A stretch of DNA of 64,000 nucleotides from Lachnospiraceae bacterium (GTDB taxonomy: Bacteria > Bacteroidota > Bacteroidia > Bacteroidales > Bacteroidaceae). The position numbers and the translations under genes are program-made. Shown piece by piece: positions 37,714 to 47,582 of this stretch. Positions within the stretch are counted from its first letter, which is position 1; each line of letters begins with the position of its first letter. The notes under the pieces are model-generated. The model was not told the origin of the DNA. It ran no database searches and saw only the letters and a list, made by a program, of their open reading frames with translations. The stretch spans positions 4,517 to 68,516 of the forward strand of contig CAVKWN010000003.1 in assembly GCA_963660075.1 (NCBI GenBank), written 5' to 3'.

Positions 37714-38964
37714 ATGACAATCGATGAATTTAACTTTGCCGGCAAGAAGGCAATTGTTCGCGTAGATTTCAATGTGCCATTGGATGAGAATGGCAACGTG
37801 ACCGATGACACTCGTATTCGTGGTGCCCTGCCTACTTTGAAGAAAATCTTGGGTGATGGCGGAGCCCTCATCATGATGAGCCACATGGGTAAGCCGAAAG
37901 GTAAAGTGAACGCCAAGCTGAGCCTTAAGCAGATTGTTCCAAACGTGAGCAAGGCTTTAGGTGTCGAGGTGAAGTTCGCAGGCGATTGTGGCAAGGCAGA
38001 CGCAGAGGCTGCTGCTCTTCAGTGCGGCGAGGCCTTGTTGCTTGAGAATCTCCGTTTCTATCCTGAGGAGGAAGGCAAGCCTGTTGGCGTAGAGAAAGGC
38101 ACACCTGAATACGACGCTGCCAAGAAGGAAATGAAGGACCGTCAGAAAGACTTCGCAAAGAAGCTCGCTTCTTATGCAAACGTTTATGTCAACGACGCCT
38201 TCGGTACTGCTCACCGCAAACATGCTTCAACAGCTGTCATAGCCGACTATTTCGACAAGGACAGCAAGATGCTCGGTTATCTTATGCAGAAAGAGGTAAC
38301 AGCTATCAACAACGTTCTCAAGAACGCTCAGCATCCTTTCACCGCAATCATCGGTGGTTCTAAGGTCAGCTCTAAGTTGGCTGTCATAAAGAACCTGCTC
38401 GACAAGGTAGACAACCTCATTATCGGCGGTGGCATGGGCTACACATTCATCAAGGCTCAGGGTGGCCACATTGGTAAGTCACTCCATGAGGACGAACTCA
38501 TGCCTGAGGCAATCAATGTCATCAACGCAGCCAAGGAAAAGGGTGTGAACCTCTCATTGTCAGTAGCTACACTTTGCGGACAGGATTTCTGCAACGACAC
38601 ACCGCGCCAGGTATTCCCAATCGACCAGATTCCAGACGAATGGGAGGGCATGGACGCTTCAGAAGAGAGCATCGAGAACTGGCGCAAAATCATCATGGCT
38701 TCCAAGACTATTCTTTGGAACGGTCCTGTTGGCGTCTTTGAGTTGGAGAACTTCTCTCACGGCACTGGCGAGATTGCCAAGGCTGTGGCTCAGGCAACAC
38801 AAGAGAACGGCGCTTACTCTCTCGTAGGCGGTGGTGACTCTGTTGCCGCTATCAACAAGTTCGGCCTTGCCGACAAGGTCAGCTATGTTTCAACAGGTGG
38901 TGGCGCAATGCTTGAGGCTATCGAGGGCAAGGTGCTTCCTGGAGTAGCCGCTATTGAAGGTTAA
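37714..38964 (+). CDS. pgk: Phosphoglycerate kinase
   Basis: 416 aa. RVDFNVP N-terminal signature and the GGGDS / STGGGA C-terminal motifs. Confidence 0.95.
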   Translation: MTIDEFNFAGKKAIVRVDFNVPLDENGNVTDDTRIRGALPTLKKILGDGGALIMMSHMGKPKGKVNAKLSLKQIVPNVSKALGVEVKFAGDCGKADAEAAALQCGEALLLENLRFYPEEEGKPVGVEKGTPEYDAAKKEMKDRQKDFAKKLASYANVYVNDAFGTAHRKHASTAVIADYFDKDSKMLGYLMQKEVTAINNVLKNAQHPFTAIIGGSKVSSKLAVIKNLLDKVDNLIIGGGMGYTFIKAQGGHIGKSLHEDELMPEAINVINAAKEKGVNLSLSVATLCGQDFCNDTPRQVFPIDQIPDEWEGMDASEESIENWRKIIMASKTILWNGPVGVFELENFSHGTGEIAKAVAQATQENGAYSLVGGGDSVAAINKFGLADKVSYVSTGGGAMLEAIEGKVLPGVAAIEG

Positions 38965-38966
38965 TC

Positions 38967-40226
38967 TTGAAATTTAATATAACCATCCTATTAATAATCT
39001 CATTACACTGTGTCAATATCATGGCACAGCGTAATGAGATTTTTGTTTCTAATATTGCCACACTGCAAGTGGTGGCCAACGACAATTGGCAAGAACCGCT
39101 TCCAGTAATCACACTTGACGGCATCAATGGTGATGAAACGATAAACATCTCTTTCGATGAGCTGTCGCATCTGTATCATCGCTATTCATACGTCATAGAG
39201 CATTGCGAGGCAGATTGGTCACCTTCACAAGAGCTCATAGAAAGCGATTATGTTGATGGATTCGCCTCTGGAAACACAATTGACGAGTATGAGCAATCCG
39301 ACAACACCAATACGCAATACACACATTATCAATTGACAATACCCAATGACAGGTGCCGCCTTAAAATCAGTGGCAACTATACTGTCACTGTACTTGACGA
39401 GGACCAAGACAATGCCCCAATCTTGAAAGCATGCTTCATGGTTACGGAACAGACCATGAAGAGCGAGATGACCCAAACATCAAACACGGATATTGACATA
39501 AACAAAAGTCATCAACAAGTCAGCATCAACCTAAACTTTGGCTCTAACCGAGTATCATCTCCAAACACCCAAATAAAGACTGTGGTACTTCAAAATGGAA
39601 GATGGGACAACGCCGTGAAAAATGCCACGCCGCAATATGTAAAGACCGATGGGATAATTTGGGACCACAACCGAAAGTTTATATTCACCGGTGGCAACGA
39701 GTATCGTAAATTCGAGACCCTCGACCCTACTCATCCCACTATGGGAATAGAGCGAGTGAGATGGGACGGCAACGCCTACCATGCCTGGATCTTCACCGAT
39801 GAGCCAAGAACCAACTATCTTTACGACGAAGATGCAGACGGCGCTTTTTTTATTCGCAACTCAGACAATATTGACAATGACACAAGAAGCGAATACATTT
39901 TCACTCACTTCACACTCAAGACGACAAGACAACCTGGTGATGTTTTTATAAACGGCTCTTTTACGCAAGGTCTGTTAGACAACAAATACAGGATGGTCTG
40001 GAACGAAAACGACAGCCTCTACGAAGCTGTCGTTCCCCTCAAACAAGGGTATTATAACTATCAATATCTCACAAGAGGCGCTGATGGTTCCCTTAATATC
40101 TTACCCTCGGAAGGTAACTTCTATCAAACAGAGAACAGTTACCAACTCCTTGTATATTTCCGTGGGCAAGGCGAACGCACCGATCGCCTTGTAAACTATC
40201 TCAACCTATCTTGTCGCCAACCTTAA
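38967..40226 (+). CDS. Secreted protein, DUF5103-like (T9SS-associated plug-domain family by recollection)
   Basis: Starting at TTG 38967 gives a plausible signal peptide MKFNITILLIISLHCVNIMA-Q. The alternative ATG 39021 would remove it. The family call is from memory. Confidence 0.5.
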   Translation: MKFNITILLIISLHCVNIMAQRNEIFVSNIATLQVVANDNWQEPLPVITLDGINGDETINISFDELSHLYHRYSYVIEHCEADWSPSQELIESDYVDGFASGNTIDEYEQSDNTNTQYTHYQLTIPNDRCRLKISGNYTVTVLDEDQDNAPILKACFMVTEQTMKSEMTQTSNTDIDINKSHQQVSINLNFGSNRVSSPNTQIKTVVLQNGRWDNAVKNATPQYVKTDGIIWDHNRKFIFTGGNEYRKFETLDPTHPTMGIERVRWDGNAYHAWIFTDEPRTNYLYDEDADGAFFIRNSDNIDNDTRSEYIFTHFTLKTTRQPGDVFINGSFTQGLLDNKYRMVWNENDSLYEAVVPLKQGYYNYQYLTRGADGSLNILPSEGNFYQTENSYQLLVYFRGQGERTDRLVNYLNLSCRQP

Positions 40227-41616
40227 TCAACTCAAGTAGCGTGGTGCCATCACCCAAAGTGTCAAGAGAGCCGGACAGATAAGCCACCTTATCGTCATTG
40301 GTCACGTAGCCTTTCTGCCTAAGCATACGCAAGGCGGCATTGAATATCTCATCAGACGATGCCTTTTCCTTTTGCCTTACGGAAATGACGCCATAAGAGA
40401 GATTCAGCCAACGCTGGAGTTTATCATTATAGCAGATTGCAAGTATCGGTTTCGGACCACGATATGTGGCAAGACAACGCGCGGTATATCCAGACTTGGA
40501 TGCCGTTATGATGCCCTCGATACCCAACAAACGAGTTGACTCAATGGCTGAATGCGACAAAAACTCGCGTTGAGAACAATGGTCATTGAGTGGCACATTA
40601 TACATTGGGTCAAAACTGTTACGATCGTTCTCGGCTTGCTCTGCTACAGTAGCCATAGTCTTAACAGCCTCCAAAGGATATTTGCCAGAAGCAGTCTCAC
40701 CACTCAGCATCAATGCGTCGGTGTTGCTGTAAATGGCATTAGCTATATCAGTAACCTCTGCTCGTGTAGGACGAGGGTTATTGATCATCGTGTGCAACAT
40801 TTGTGTAGCCACAATCACGGGCTTGTGTCGCTCTACGCACTTACGGATAATCATTCGCTGAATGCCCGGAATTTTCTCAACAGGAACCTCAATGCCCAAG
40901 TCACCACGTGCTACCATAATACCATAGCTTGCGTTGATTATCTCATCTATATTGTCTACACCTTCCTGGTTCTCAATCTTGGAAATAATCTTGATGTCAG
41001 AATTGCGCTCGTCAAGAATTTTCTGAACGGCATGCACATCTTCAGCCGACCTCACAAAACTATGTGCGATAAAGTCAATATCCTCATCGATGGCGAGATT
41101 GATGTTTCGTTTGTCCTTTTCGGTAAGAGCAGGCAAATCAATGTGTTCTCCTGGCACGTTGACGCTCTTATGGGCACCAAGCAAACCATCATTTTGAACT
41201 TCTACGTAAACAGCAGGACCTTCAATGCCGATAACCTTCATGCCAATGGCACCGTCATCGAAAAGAATGGTATCACCTACTTTAACGTCCTTGGCAAAAT
41301 CAGTGAAAGAAACATTTATGATGTCGTGAGTTGAGTTTACCTCAGGACGACCGAATATTCTCACAACATCGCCCGTCTTATATTCTATGGGAGCCTCTAC
41401 GTCAGTTGTTCTCACCTCTGGTCCCTTAGTATCGATAAGAATGCCTATATGAGGCGACACCGCACGAGTGTTACTTATGATTTTTCGAATACCGTCAGGA
41501 GTGGCATGAGCCGTGTTCATTCTAACAACATTCATGCCGGCATTGAAAAGACCGCGAATGAAGTCGACATCGCATCGACGGTCACTGATTGAGCAAACTA
41601 TTTTTGTCTGTTTCAT
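40201..41616 (-). CDS. pyk: Pyruvate kinase
   Basis: 471 aa. MKQTKIVCSI...NVVRMNTAHA, and MVARGDLGIE motif. Confidence 0.93.
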   Translation of the reverse strand: MKQTKIVCSISDRRCDVDFIRGLFNAGMNVVRMNTAHATPDGIRKIISNTRAVSPHIGILIDTKGPEVRTTDVEAPIEYKTGDVVRIFGRPEVNSTHDIINVSFTDFAKDVKVGDTILFDDGAIGMKVIGIEGPAVYVEVQNDGLLGAHKSVNVPGEHIDLPALTEKDKRNINLAIDEDIDFIAHSFVRSAEDVHAVQKILDERNSDIKIISKIENQEGVDNIDEIINASYGIMVARGDLGIEVPVEKIPGIQRMIIRKCVERHKPVIVATQMLHTMINNPRPTRAEVTDIANAIYSNTDALMLSGETASGKYPLEAVKTMATVAEQAENDRNSFDPMYNVPLNDHCSQREFLSHSAIESTRLLGIEGIITASKSGYTARCLATYRGPKPILAICYNDKLQRWLNLSYGVISVRQKEKASSDEIFNAALRMLRQKGYVTNDDKVAYLSGSLDTLGDGTTLLELIKVGDKIG

Positions 41617-41708
41617 GAAACAATCTTATATTTATCGCAAATATTGCAGGTTCAGCGCATAACATTAAGCATCTTCAAACGTTATGCGGATATTTTTTCT
41701 CTCATATG

Positions 41709-41716
41709 CAAAGATA
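41709..41716 (-). promoter_or_regulatory. -7 promoter box TATCTTTG for pyk
   Basis: Exact TAnnTTTG about 92 nt upstream of ATG 41616. Confidence 0.4.
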
Positions 41717-41775
41717 AGATTTTTTTCGTATTCTCACAAATGAATTTCATTAAAAAGTAAACAAAATTCAAGCTA

Positions 41776-42207
41776 TTATGGCAAATGCGTCAACTTTACC
41801 CTCCAATGCTTACCATCAAAGGCAACGGGTATTTGAAAATTATGTTCAGCCTGGATCTTAGGATGTTGACCAATACTATCCGATGCGAGAAAATTCATCA
41901 CCTTGACAGTGGCCAATGATGTAGAGTCGTCTATGTCTTCAATGTCCTCAATTTCAGCGGTCGCGGCAAATTCCATGGCACGCAAAGAATCGATGTCCTC
42001 AGAGTCTACTTGCGATGCAGCGAAAACAAGCCATTTCCTTGACTCATTAGTGACATATGATTCAGCCTCTTTGAAACGCCAGTTGAAATATGCATTGGCG
42101 AAAGATTCAACCACCGTGCGAGAATCATTATGTTGCCCATCTCCACATCCATCCAAAACCATGGAGAACAAAATCATTAAGAAGCAAACGAGAAATGATT
42201 TCTTCAT
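41776..42207 (-). CDS. Lipoprotein of unknown function (NTF2-like/DUF4878-like guess)
   Basis: From ATG 42207: MKKSFLVCFLMILFSMVLDGC lipoprotein signal. An upstream ATG 42267 would add 20 non-signal-like residues. Confidence 0.55.
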   Translation of the reverse strand: MKKSFLVCFLMILFSMVLDGCGDGQHNDSRTVVESFANAYFNWRFKEAESYVTNESRKWLVFAASQVDSEDIDSLRAMEFAATAEIEDIEDIDDSTSLATVKVMNFLASDSIGQHPKIQAEHNFQIPVAFDGKHWRVKLTHLP

Positions 42208-42307
42208 ATCATGAGAAAAATGCTTGTTACTAATATCAATAAAATAGGGGACAAGCACAAAGCTCATCCCCTACCCTATATTCATGTAATTTTATTCAAG
42301 AAACAAA

Positions 42308-44095
42308 TTACTTGTTCTTCTCCATGTCTGCCTTGAGCTTAGCGAGCACGTCAAGATCACCAAGTGATGTGCCAGCCTGCACGTTGTTGATAACAGGTGC
42401 GTCGTTCTGCTTGCGAGCGTTGTTGTTGGCGTGACGGTGCTGACGAGGCTCATCGTGACCCTCTTCGAATGTACGGCTGTGAGAGAGGATGATACGGTGA
42501 GAATCCTTGTTGAACTCAATCACCTTGAATGAAAGCTCCTCGCCGAGCTTAGCCTGTGAACCATCTTCCTTTGTAAGATGCTTAGGAGTTGCGAAGCCCT
42601 CGCCACCCTCATCGAGAGTGATAACAGCGCCCTTGTCCATCATCTCCGTGATCTTGCCGGCATGAACAGTTCCGGGCTCATAAAGAGTCTCATACTTGTC
42701 CCAAGGATTCTCCTCAAGCTGCTTGTGACCAAGGCTCAAACGACGGTTCTCCTTGTCAATCTCCAGCACAACAACATCGATGTCGGCACCGATTGTAGTG
42801 AACTCTGAAGGATGCTTAACCTTCTTAGTCCAAGAGAGGTCTGAGATGTGGATCAAGCCGTCAACACCTTCCTCAAGCTCTGTGAAGATACCGAAGTTGG
42901 TGAAGTTGCGAACCTTTGCCTTGTGAACAGAACCAACAGGATATTTCACCTCGATGTTCTCCCATGGATCAGCCTTGAGCTGCTTCAAGCCGAGAGACAT
43001 CTTACGCTCCTGACGATCGAGAGAGAGGATAACTGCCTCAACCTCGTCACCGACGTGGAGGAACTCCTGTGCTGAACGCAGGTGCTGGCTCCAAGACATC
43101 TCAGAAACGTGGATAAGGCCTTCAACGCCGGGCTGAATCTCAACGAATGCGCCATAGTCGGCGATAACGACAACCTTACCATTGACGTGGTCACCCACCT
43201 TGAGGTTTGCGTCGAGGCTATCCCAAGGATGCGGAGTGAGCTGCTTCACGCCGAGGGCGATACGCTTCTTCTCCTCATCGAAGTCGAGGATAACGACCTT
43301 AATCTTCTGGTCAAGGGCGACAACCTCGTGAGGATCGCTAACACGACCCCAAGAGAGATCTGTGATGTGCACGAGTCCGTCTACACCGCCGAGGTCTACG
43401 AACACACCGTAAGAAGTGATGTTCTTGACAGTGCCCTCGAGCACCTGACCCTTCTCCAGGTGAGAGATAATTTCCTTCTTCTGTGCCTCCAACTCGGCCT
43501 CGATGAGAGCCTTGTGAGACACGACAACATTGCGGAACTCCTGGTTGATTTTCACAACCTTGAACTCCATTGTCTTGCCTACGAACACGTCGTAGTCGCG
43601 TATTGGATGGACATCAATCTGTGAACCAGGCAAGAATGCCTCGATACCCAGCACGTCAACAATCATGCCACCCTTGGTACGGCACTTGATGTAACCCTGG
43701 ATAACCTCGTTGTTCTCCATGGCCTTGTTGATATCCTCCCAGCTCTTGGCAAGACGTGCCTTCTTGTGAGAGAGAACCAACTGACCATGCTTGTCCTCCT
43801 GGTCTTCAACGTAAACCTCTACCTTGTCACCAATCTTAAGGTCTGGATTGTAACGGAACTCAGATGCGGGAATGATACCATCGCTCTTGTAGCCGATGTT
43901 CACAACCACTTCCTTCTTGTCGATAGAGATGACAGAGCCCTCAACAACCTCGTGATCCTGAATCTTGTTCAAAGTGGTGTCGTAGGCCTTTGCCTGATCT
44001 TCCTTGCTCACGCTGGAGCTTGAGCCATTCTCAAATTCTTCCCAATTGAAGTCATCCAATGGCTTAACGTTCTTGATGTCGTTTAAATCTGACAT
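42308..44095 (-). CDS. rpsA: 30S ribosomal protein S1
   Basis: 595 aa with six S1 repeats (recurring G.V..I..YGAFV.L motifs). Confidence 0.95.
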   Translation of the reverse strand: MSDLNDIKNVKPLDDFNWEEFENGSSSSVSKEDQAKAYDTTLNKIQDHEVVEGSVISIDKKEVVVNIGYKSDGIIPASEFRYNPDLKIGDKVEVYVEDQEDKHGQLVLSHKKARLAKSWEDINKAMENNEVIQGYIKCRTKGGMIVDVLGIEAFLPGSQIDVHPIRDYDVFVGKTMEFKVVKINQEFRNVVVSHKALIEAELEAQKKEIISHLEKGQVLEGTVKNITSYGVFVDLGGVDGLVHITDLSWGRVSDPHEVVALDQKIKVVILDFDEEKKRIALGVKQLTPHPWDSLDANLKVGDHVNGKVVVIADYGAFVEIQPGVEGLIHVSEMSWSQHLRSAQEFLHVGDEVEAVILSLDRQERKMSLGLKQLKADPWENIEVKYPVGSVHKAKVRNFTNFGIFTELEEGVDGLIHISDLSWTKKVKHPSEFTTIGADIDVVVLEIDKENRRLSLGHKQLEENPWDKYETLYEPGTVHAGKITEMMDKGAVITLDEGGEGFATPKHLTKEDGSQAKLGEELSFKVIEFNKDSHRIILSHSRTFEEGHDEPRQHRHANNNARKQNDAPVINNVQAGTSLGDLDVLAKLKADMEKNK

Positions 44096-44183
44096 AAATA
44101 AATAATGTTTGTAAAATTAATAAAGTTGGACTTTATGTGAATTATTCGGGCACACAAAACGTGCACCTTCGCTAAATCGGGTG

Positions 44184-44191
44184 CAAAGTTA
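44184..44191 (-). promoter_or_regulatory. -7 promoter box TAACTTTG for rpsA
   Basis: Exact TAnnTTTG about 88 nt upstream of ATG 44095. Confidence 0.45.
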
Positions 44192-44309
44192 CTGTTTTTG
44201 AATGCCTTATCGTTATCACAGCTGCTTTCGTAGCACTGTTTTATGCTTTTTTAACTTCAAACAGACAGTATTGCGTCTCTTACGCATCACGATTACGTGG
44301 GTAATCAGC

Positions 44310-44771
44310 CTATTCGAAGTAGTAAAGGAACTGAGCCTCACCTTTCAGTGCAGGCTTACGCTGACCTTCAATCTCAATTGTAAAGTCAATGTATGCCTTG
44401 CAGATGCCGCGCAGGTTCTCTATATTGGCAAGTTTGGCTGTCATGCGTATGCGGCTGCCAGTGAGAACAGGCTGTCCAAAACGCATTTTGTCCATGCCAT
44501 AGTTTACCATCATCTTCAGGTTATTCACCTCAACAATCTGGTCCCACAAGTGTGGCAACAAAGAGAGGGTCAAATAACCATGTGCAATGGTGCTCTTGTA
44601 TGGACTTTCCACTTTCGCACGCTCAACATCCACGTGAATCCATTGATGGTCAAGGGTGGCATCGGCAAAAGAGTTGATTCGTTCCTGGTTCACCTCCAAC
44701 CATTCGGAGGTGCCAAGCGATTTGCCTAAGTACAAGACAAACTCGTCGTAAGAATTAATTACAGTTTTCAT
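44310..44771 (-). CDS. MaoC family (R)-specific enoyl-CoA hydratase/dehydratase, hot-dog fold
   Basis: DHQWIHVDVERA and IAHGYLTLSLL motifs. Start set at ATG 44771, because the track's TTG 44798 would overlap the -7 box. Confidence 0.75.
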   Translation of the reverse strand: MKTVINSYDEFVLYLGKSLGTSEWLEVNQERINSFADATLDHQWIHVDVERAKVESPYKSTIAHGYLTLSLLPHLWDQIVEVNNLKMMVNYGMDKMRFGQPVLTGSRIRMTAKLANIENLRGICKAYIDFTIEIEGQRKPALKGEAQFLYYFE

Positions 44772-44795
44772 ATTATGTTCTATTTTTTTAGACTG

Positions 44796-44803
44796 CAAAG
44801 TTA
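44796..44803 (-). promoter_or_regulatory. -7 promoter box TAACTTTG for the MaoC gene
   Basis: Exact TAnnTTTG about 24 nt upstream of ATG 44771. Confidence 0.45.
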
Positions 44804-44861
44804 CAAATAAATATCAAAATATCATTCTTGCTACGAAAAATGGTTGACAGTTATTTTGTAA

Positions 44862-44898
44862 CCAAAGAATATAAGAGGATTGGACGTTTTTGCGTCTA
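44862..44898. terminator. Strong hairpin ending the inositol-lipid-type operon
   Basis: AGAGGATTGGACG / CGTCTAATCCTCT: 13-bp stem with one G-U, loop TTTTTG. The T-run is on the plus side and the A/T-rich flank on the minus side. It starts about 25 nt after the PAP2 gene stop. Confidence 0.55.
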
Positions 44899-44923
44899 AT
44901 CCTCTTTTTGCATGACTTTCCCG

Positions 44924-45727
44924 TCAACAACAGGTCCGTTTAACTATCTTTCTCCAAATAAGCTCAAAGATGATTGTTCCAAGGATAGCAGTGCATATGC
45001 CAAGGAGCACATCTATGATATAATGATGGGCAGTATATACCGCCGTGAACCAGATTCCCACGCAAATGAACGCAAACAGGCATGAAGTGTACCACTTACG
45101 ACGACTCATCACAGAGTAGAATGTGGTAACAAGCAGATATGCCGCATGCAAACTAGGCACTGCCGCGAAGACATTGGCATTCTTGCCATATATGCTATGG
45201 AAGATGGGAAGCCCTGTCAATGCGTCGAAACGGCCAAGGCCTGCCACATTGCCAGGCGTGTGAAGCACTGGCGTGAAACCACAGGTCATTGCGTACCATG
45301 GTGGTGCTGCAGGATGCACATAGTAGCCTATGAATCCAACGAGGTTAACCGTCAGAAATGCCCAAGCGAAACGCGTGGCCCATTCCTGATGGTTTGAAAA
45401 GTAAAGGTAAATGGTGAAAATGATAGGCACTGGCACCCAGCACAAATAGAAACAGCCTGCCATGAAGTCGGCAACGGCGCAATGGTGAATGGCAAACCAT
45501 TCGCCTGGAATCATCTTCCCGGCAATTGTCGTTATGCCAAACAGGTTTTTCTCTGCCTCATAAAGACCGCGAACGTCAATTTCGTGGAACTCATAGTTTG
45601 GGTAAAAGTTGAAACTACTGTATATGAACCCGAACAAGAACCACGGAGCCATGTAGAGCGTGAATCTCCTCGTGGGCTTGATGGCAACGAGTACGGCAAA
45701 CAAGACGGCTATCAGCAAGCAATCCAT
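44924..45727 (-). CDS. PAP2-superfamily integral membrane protein, inositol-phosphoceramide-synthase-like
   Basis: Six or more TM helices. PAP2 C2/C3-like motifs PSLHAAY and HHYIIDV. Operon context. Confidence 0.65.
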   Translation of the reverse strand: MDCLLIAVLFAVLVAIKPTRRFTLYMAPWFLFGFIYSSFNFYPNYEFHEIDVRGLYEAEKNLFGITTIAGKMIPGEWFAIHHCAVADFMAGCFYLCWVPVPIIFTIYLYFSNHQEWATRFAWAFLTVNLVGFIGYYVHPAAPPWYAMTCGFTPVLHTPGNVAGLGRFDALTGLPIFHSIYGKNANVFAAVPSLHAAYLLVTTFYSVMSRRKWYTSCLFAFICVGIWFTAVYTAHHYIIDVLLGICTAILGTIIFELIWRKIVKRTCC

Positions 45728-45763
45728 CCTATTGTATTAAAATGATTGAAACTGTTGATGGCA

Positions 45764-46435
45764 TTACTCTGTCTCGGCAGACTTGTTGGCCTTGTCACGC
45801 GCGTTCAGTTTACCATAGCAATATGCCACACGCCAAAACGCCGTTATGTTGGCAAGCACGGCAATGAGTATCATGCCACCCGCAAGCCACCAAAGCGAGC
45901 CTGTGACCCCTGTAAGGATAGCCGTCAAGGCTGTTACCACAACACGCTCGGGGCGCTGCATGAAACCTACCTTGCACTCAATGCAAAGGCCCTCGGCGCG
46001 AGCCCTGACATAACTCACCATCACGCTGCCTACCAAAGCCGCAAATGTCACCACTCCCATCCAGAACCAGCCTTCGTCCTCAAGGAATACGAGAACTATT
46101 CCGAAAAGCGACACCAACTCGCTGTATCTGTCGAGTGTGGAGTCCCACATGGCTCCAAACGACGAGCTCATGTTGCCCATGCGTGCCAGTCGTCCGTCCA
46201 TCATGTCAAAAAGGCCGGAGGCGATAATGATGAATCCGCCCCAACCGACAAGTGTAGTCTGGTAACACAAGTCCGCTTGCTGGGATGCCACGATAAAAAA
46301 CGCGGCAGCTATGATATTGCCGATGAATCCAATCGTAGTGACAATGTTTGGCGTAATGCCAATCTTAATCATGCCCTTTATCAAGGGGTTTATGATTTTG
46401 TAGATAATCTGTTGCAGGAAATCCCTATACCACAT
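45764..46435 (-). CDS. CDP-alcohol phosphatidyltransferase (phosphatidylinositol-phosphate-synthase-like)
   Basis: [23 protein letters not shown] matches the family motif DG(x2)AR(x8)G(x3)D(x3)D. The opposite-strand track ORF 45746..46489 is rejected. Confidence 0.8.
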   Translation of the reverse strand: MWYRDFLQQIIYKIINPLIKGMIKIGITPNIVTTIGFIGNIIAAAFFIVASQQADLCYQTTLVGWGGFIIIASGLFDMMDGRLARMGNMSSSFGAMWDSTLDRYSELVSLFGIVLVFLEDEGWFWMGVVTFAALVGSVMVSYVRARAEGLCIECKVGFMQRPERVVVTALTAILTGVTGSLWWLAGGMILIAVLANITAFWRVAYCYGKLNARDKANKSAETE

Positions 46436-46443
46436 AATATATA

Positions 46444-46857
46444 TTATTTATTTTTTTGTCGAAAAACCCATCCACGCTGGAGTGGATAGTTGAAGCAGAA
46501 AGCCACACACATAGCCACCACGCATTTCACGATAACGAAGTAGCTTTTTCCACCCACAAGCCATGTCAGCAGGTTTGTGCCACCGCCATTAAGTATTAGG
46601 CTGCCTGTCCAAACGCACAGATACCTTAGCGCCAATCGCCCTCCGCCTCGTCCTGTCTTGTTGAAAACATAACGGATGTTGATGAAATAATTGGTCACTC
46701 CACCCGACACCACACCCACGACGTTTGCGTAGCCGTAGGCAAGCAAACCCGTATAAGTGAGTATGATAGCCAAGCCGAAATCGACAGAGCTTGCCACCAA
46801 GGAACTTATTTCCGCCTTAGTGAATGTCCATATCTCATGACGTACCTTCCCCATCAA
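46444..46857 (-). CDS. GtrA family membrane protein
   Basis: 137 aa with four TM helices. 4-nt overlap with the pgpA-like gene. Confidence 0.6.
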   Translation of the reverse strand: MMGKVRHEIWTFTKAEISSLVASSVDFGLAIILTYTGLLAYGYANVVGVVSGGVTNYFINIRYVFNKTGRGGGRLALRYLCVWTGSLILNGGGTNLLTWLVGGKSYFVIVKCVVAMCVAFCFNYPLQRGWVFRQKNK

Positions 46858-47363
46858 GCTGCCATAAAATTGGCAACCTGCATTGCCGCGACAAGTACAA
46901 ACAAGGCATATATGCCACCCAATATATCGTCACCCATTACCCAGAAAGCCCCTTTCATGCGATCCAGCTTCTTTATGCCCAGAGGTTTCACGATGTCAAA
47001 AAAGCGGAACAACACAAGGGCAGCAAATGCCCAACCCCATCCACGTGGATTCACGATGATGAGCGGTATCCACACGCCAACCATCTCGTCAACCACCACT
47101 CGCGAGGGATCTTCGCCCCAGAATGGCTGCAAACGTTTCGTAGCCCATGTGCCAAGTACCGTGAATAGGATGACGAGTGCCAACGTGACGACAGACAACA
47201 TGAAGGACGGAAGCCAAAGGCCGAGAATGCCCCAAACAATCGTGGCAAAAACACTGCCAGCCGTGCCAGGCCCCCATGGCCAAAAGCCACTGCCGAACCC
47301 CGTGCCAATAAGCATCGGCAGAAAAGGTGGACGCTGATCTATGATGTTGCCTTTATCGTTCAT
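46854..47363 (-). CDS. pgpA: Phosphatidylglycerophosphatase A family protein (PIP-phosphatase-like in this context)
   Basis: 169 aa. GFGSGFWPWGPGTAGS motif typical of PgpA. Confidence 0.75.
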   Translation of the reverse strand: MNDKGNIIDQRPPFLPMLIGTGFGSGFWPWGPGTAGSVFATIVWGILGLWLPSFMLSVVTLALVILFTVLGTWATKRLQPFWGEDPSRVVVDEMVGVWIPLIIVNPRGWGWAFAALVLFRFFDIVKPLGIKKLDRMKGAFWVMGDDILGGIYALFVLVAAMQVANFMAA

Positions 47364-47422
47364 GTAAAGAAATAAGTGACTAATTTTTCGGGCTTTGAAG
47401 CCCTTATTTTTGATTTATATTG

Positions 47423-47430
47423 CAAAATTA
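47423..47430 (-). promoter_or_regulatory. -7 promoter box TAATTTTG for the pgpA-like operon
   Basis: Exact TAnnTTTG about 59 nt upstream of ATG 47363. Confidence 0.4.
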
Positions 47431-47485
47431 ATATAAAACTCAATTCTCTCAAAGAGTTTTGGTAAGTTTTTTCCTAATTAATATA

Positions 47486-47493
47486 TAACTTTG
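47486..47493 (+). promoter_or_regulatory. -7 promoter box TAACTTTG for the DUF5686-like gene
   Basis: Exact TAnnTTTG about 89 nt upstream of ATG 47583. Confidence 0.4.
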
Positions 47494-47582
47494 CCCACAA
47501 ATTATAGATTGCGTTGCCCTTCTCCTTATAAAAATGGAAGAAATAAAGGGAGCAGATTGTAAAAGCAGGACAATTATTTATT

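Noticed and set aside
45746-46489. 247-aa plus-strand ORF
   Set aside because: The minus-strand frame carries the exact CDP-alcohol phosphatidyltransferase motif and TM helices. The plus-strand product is basic and low-complexity.
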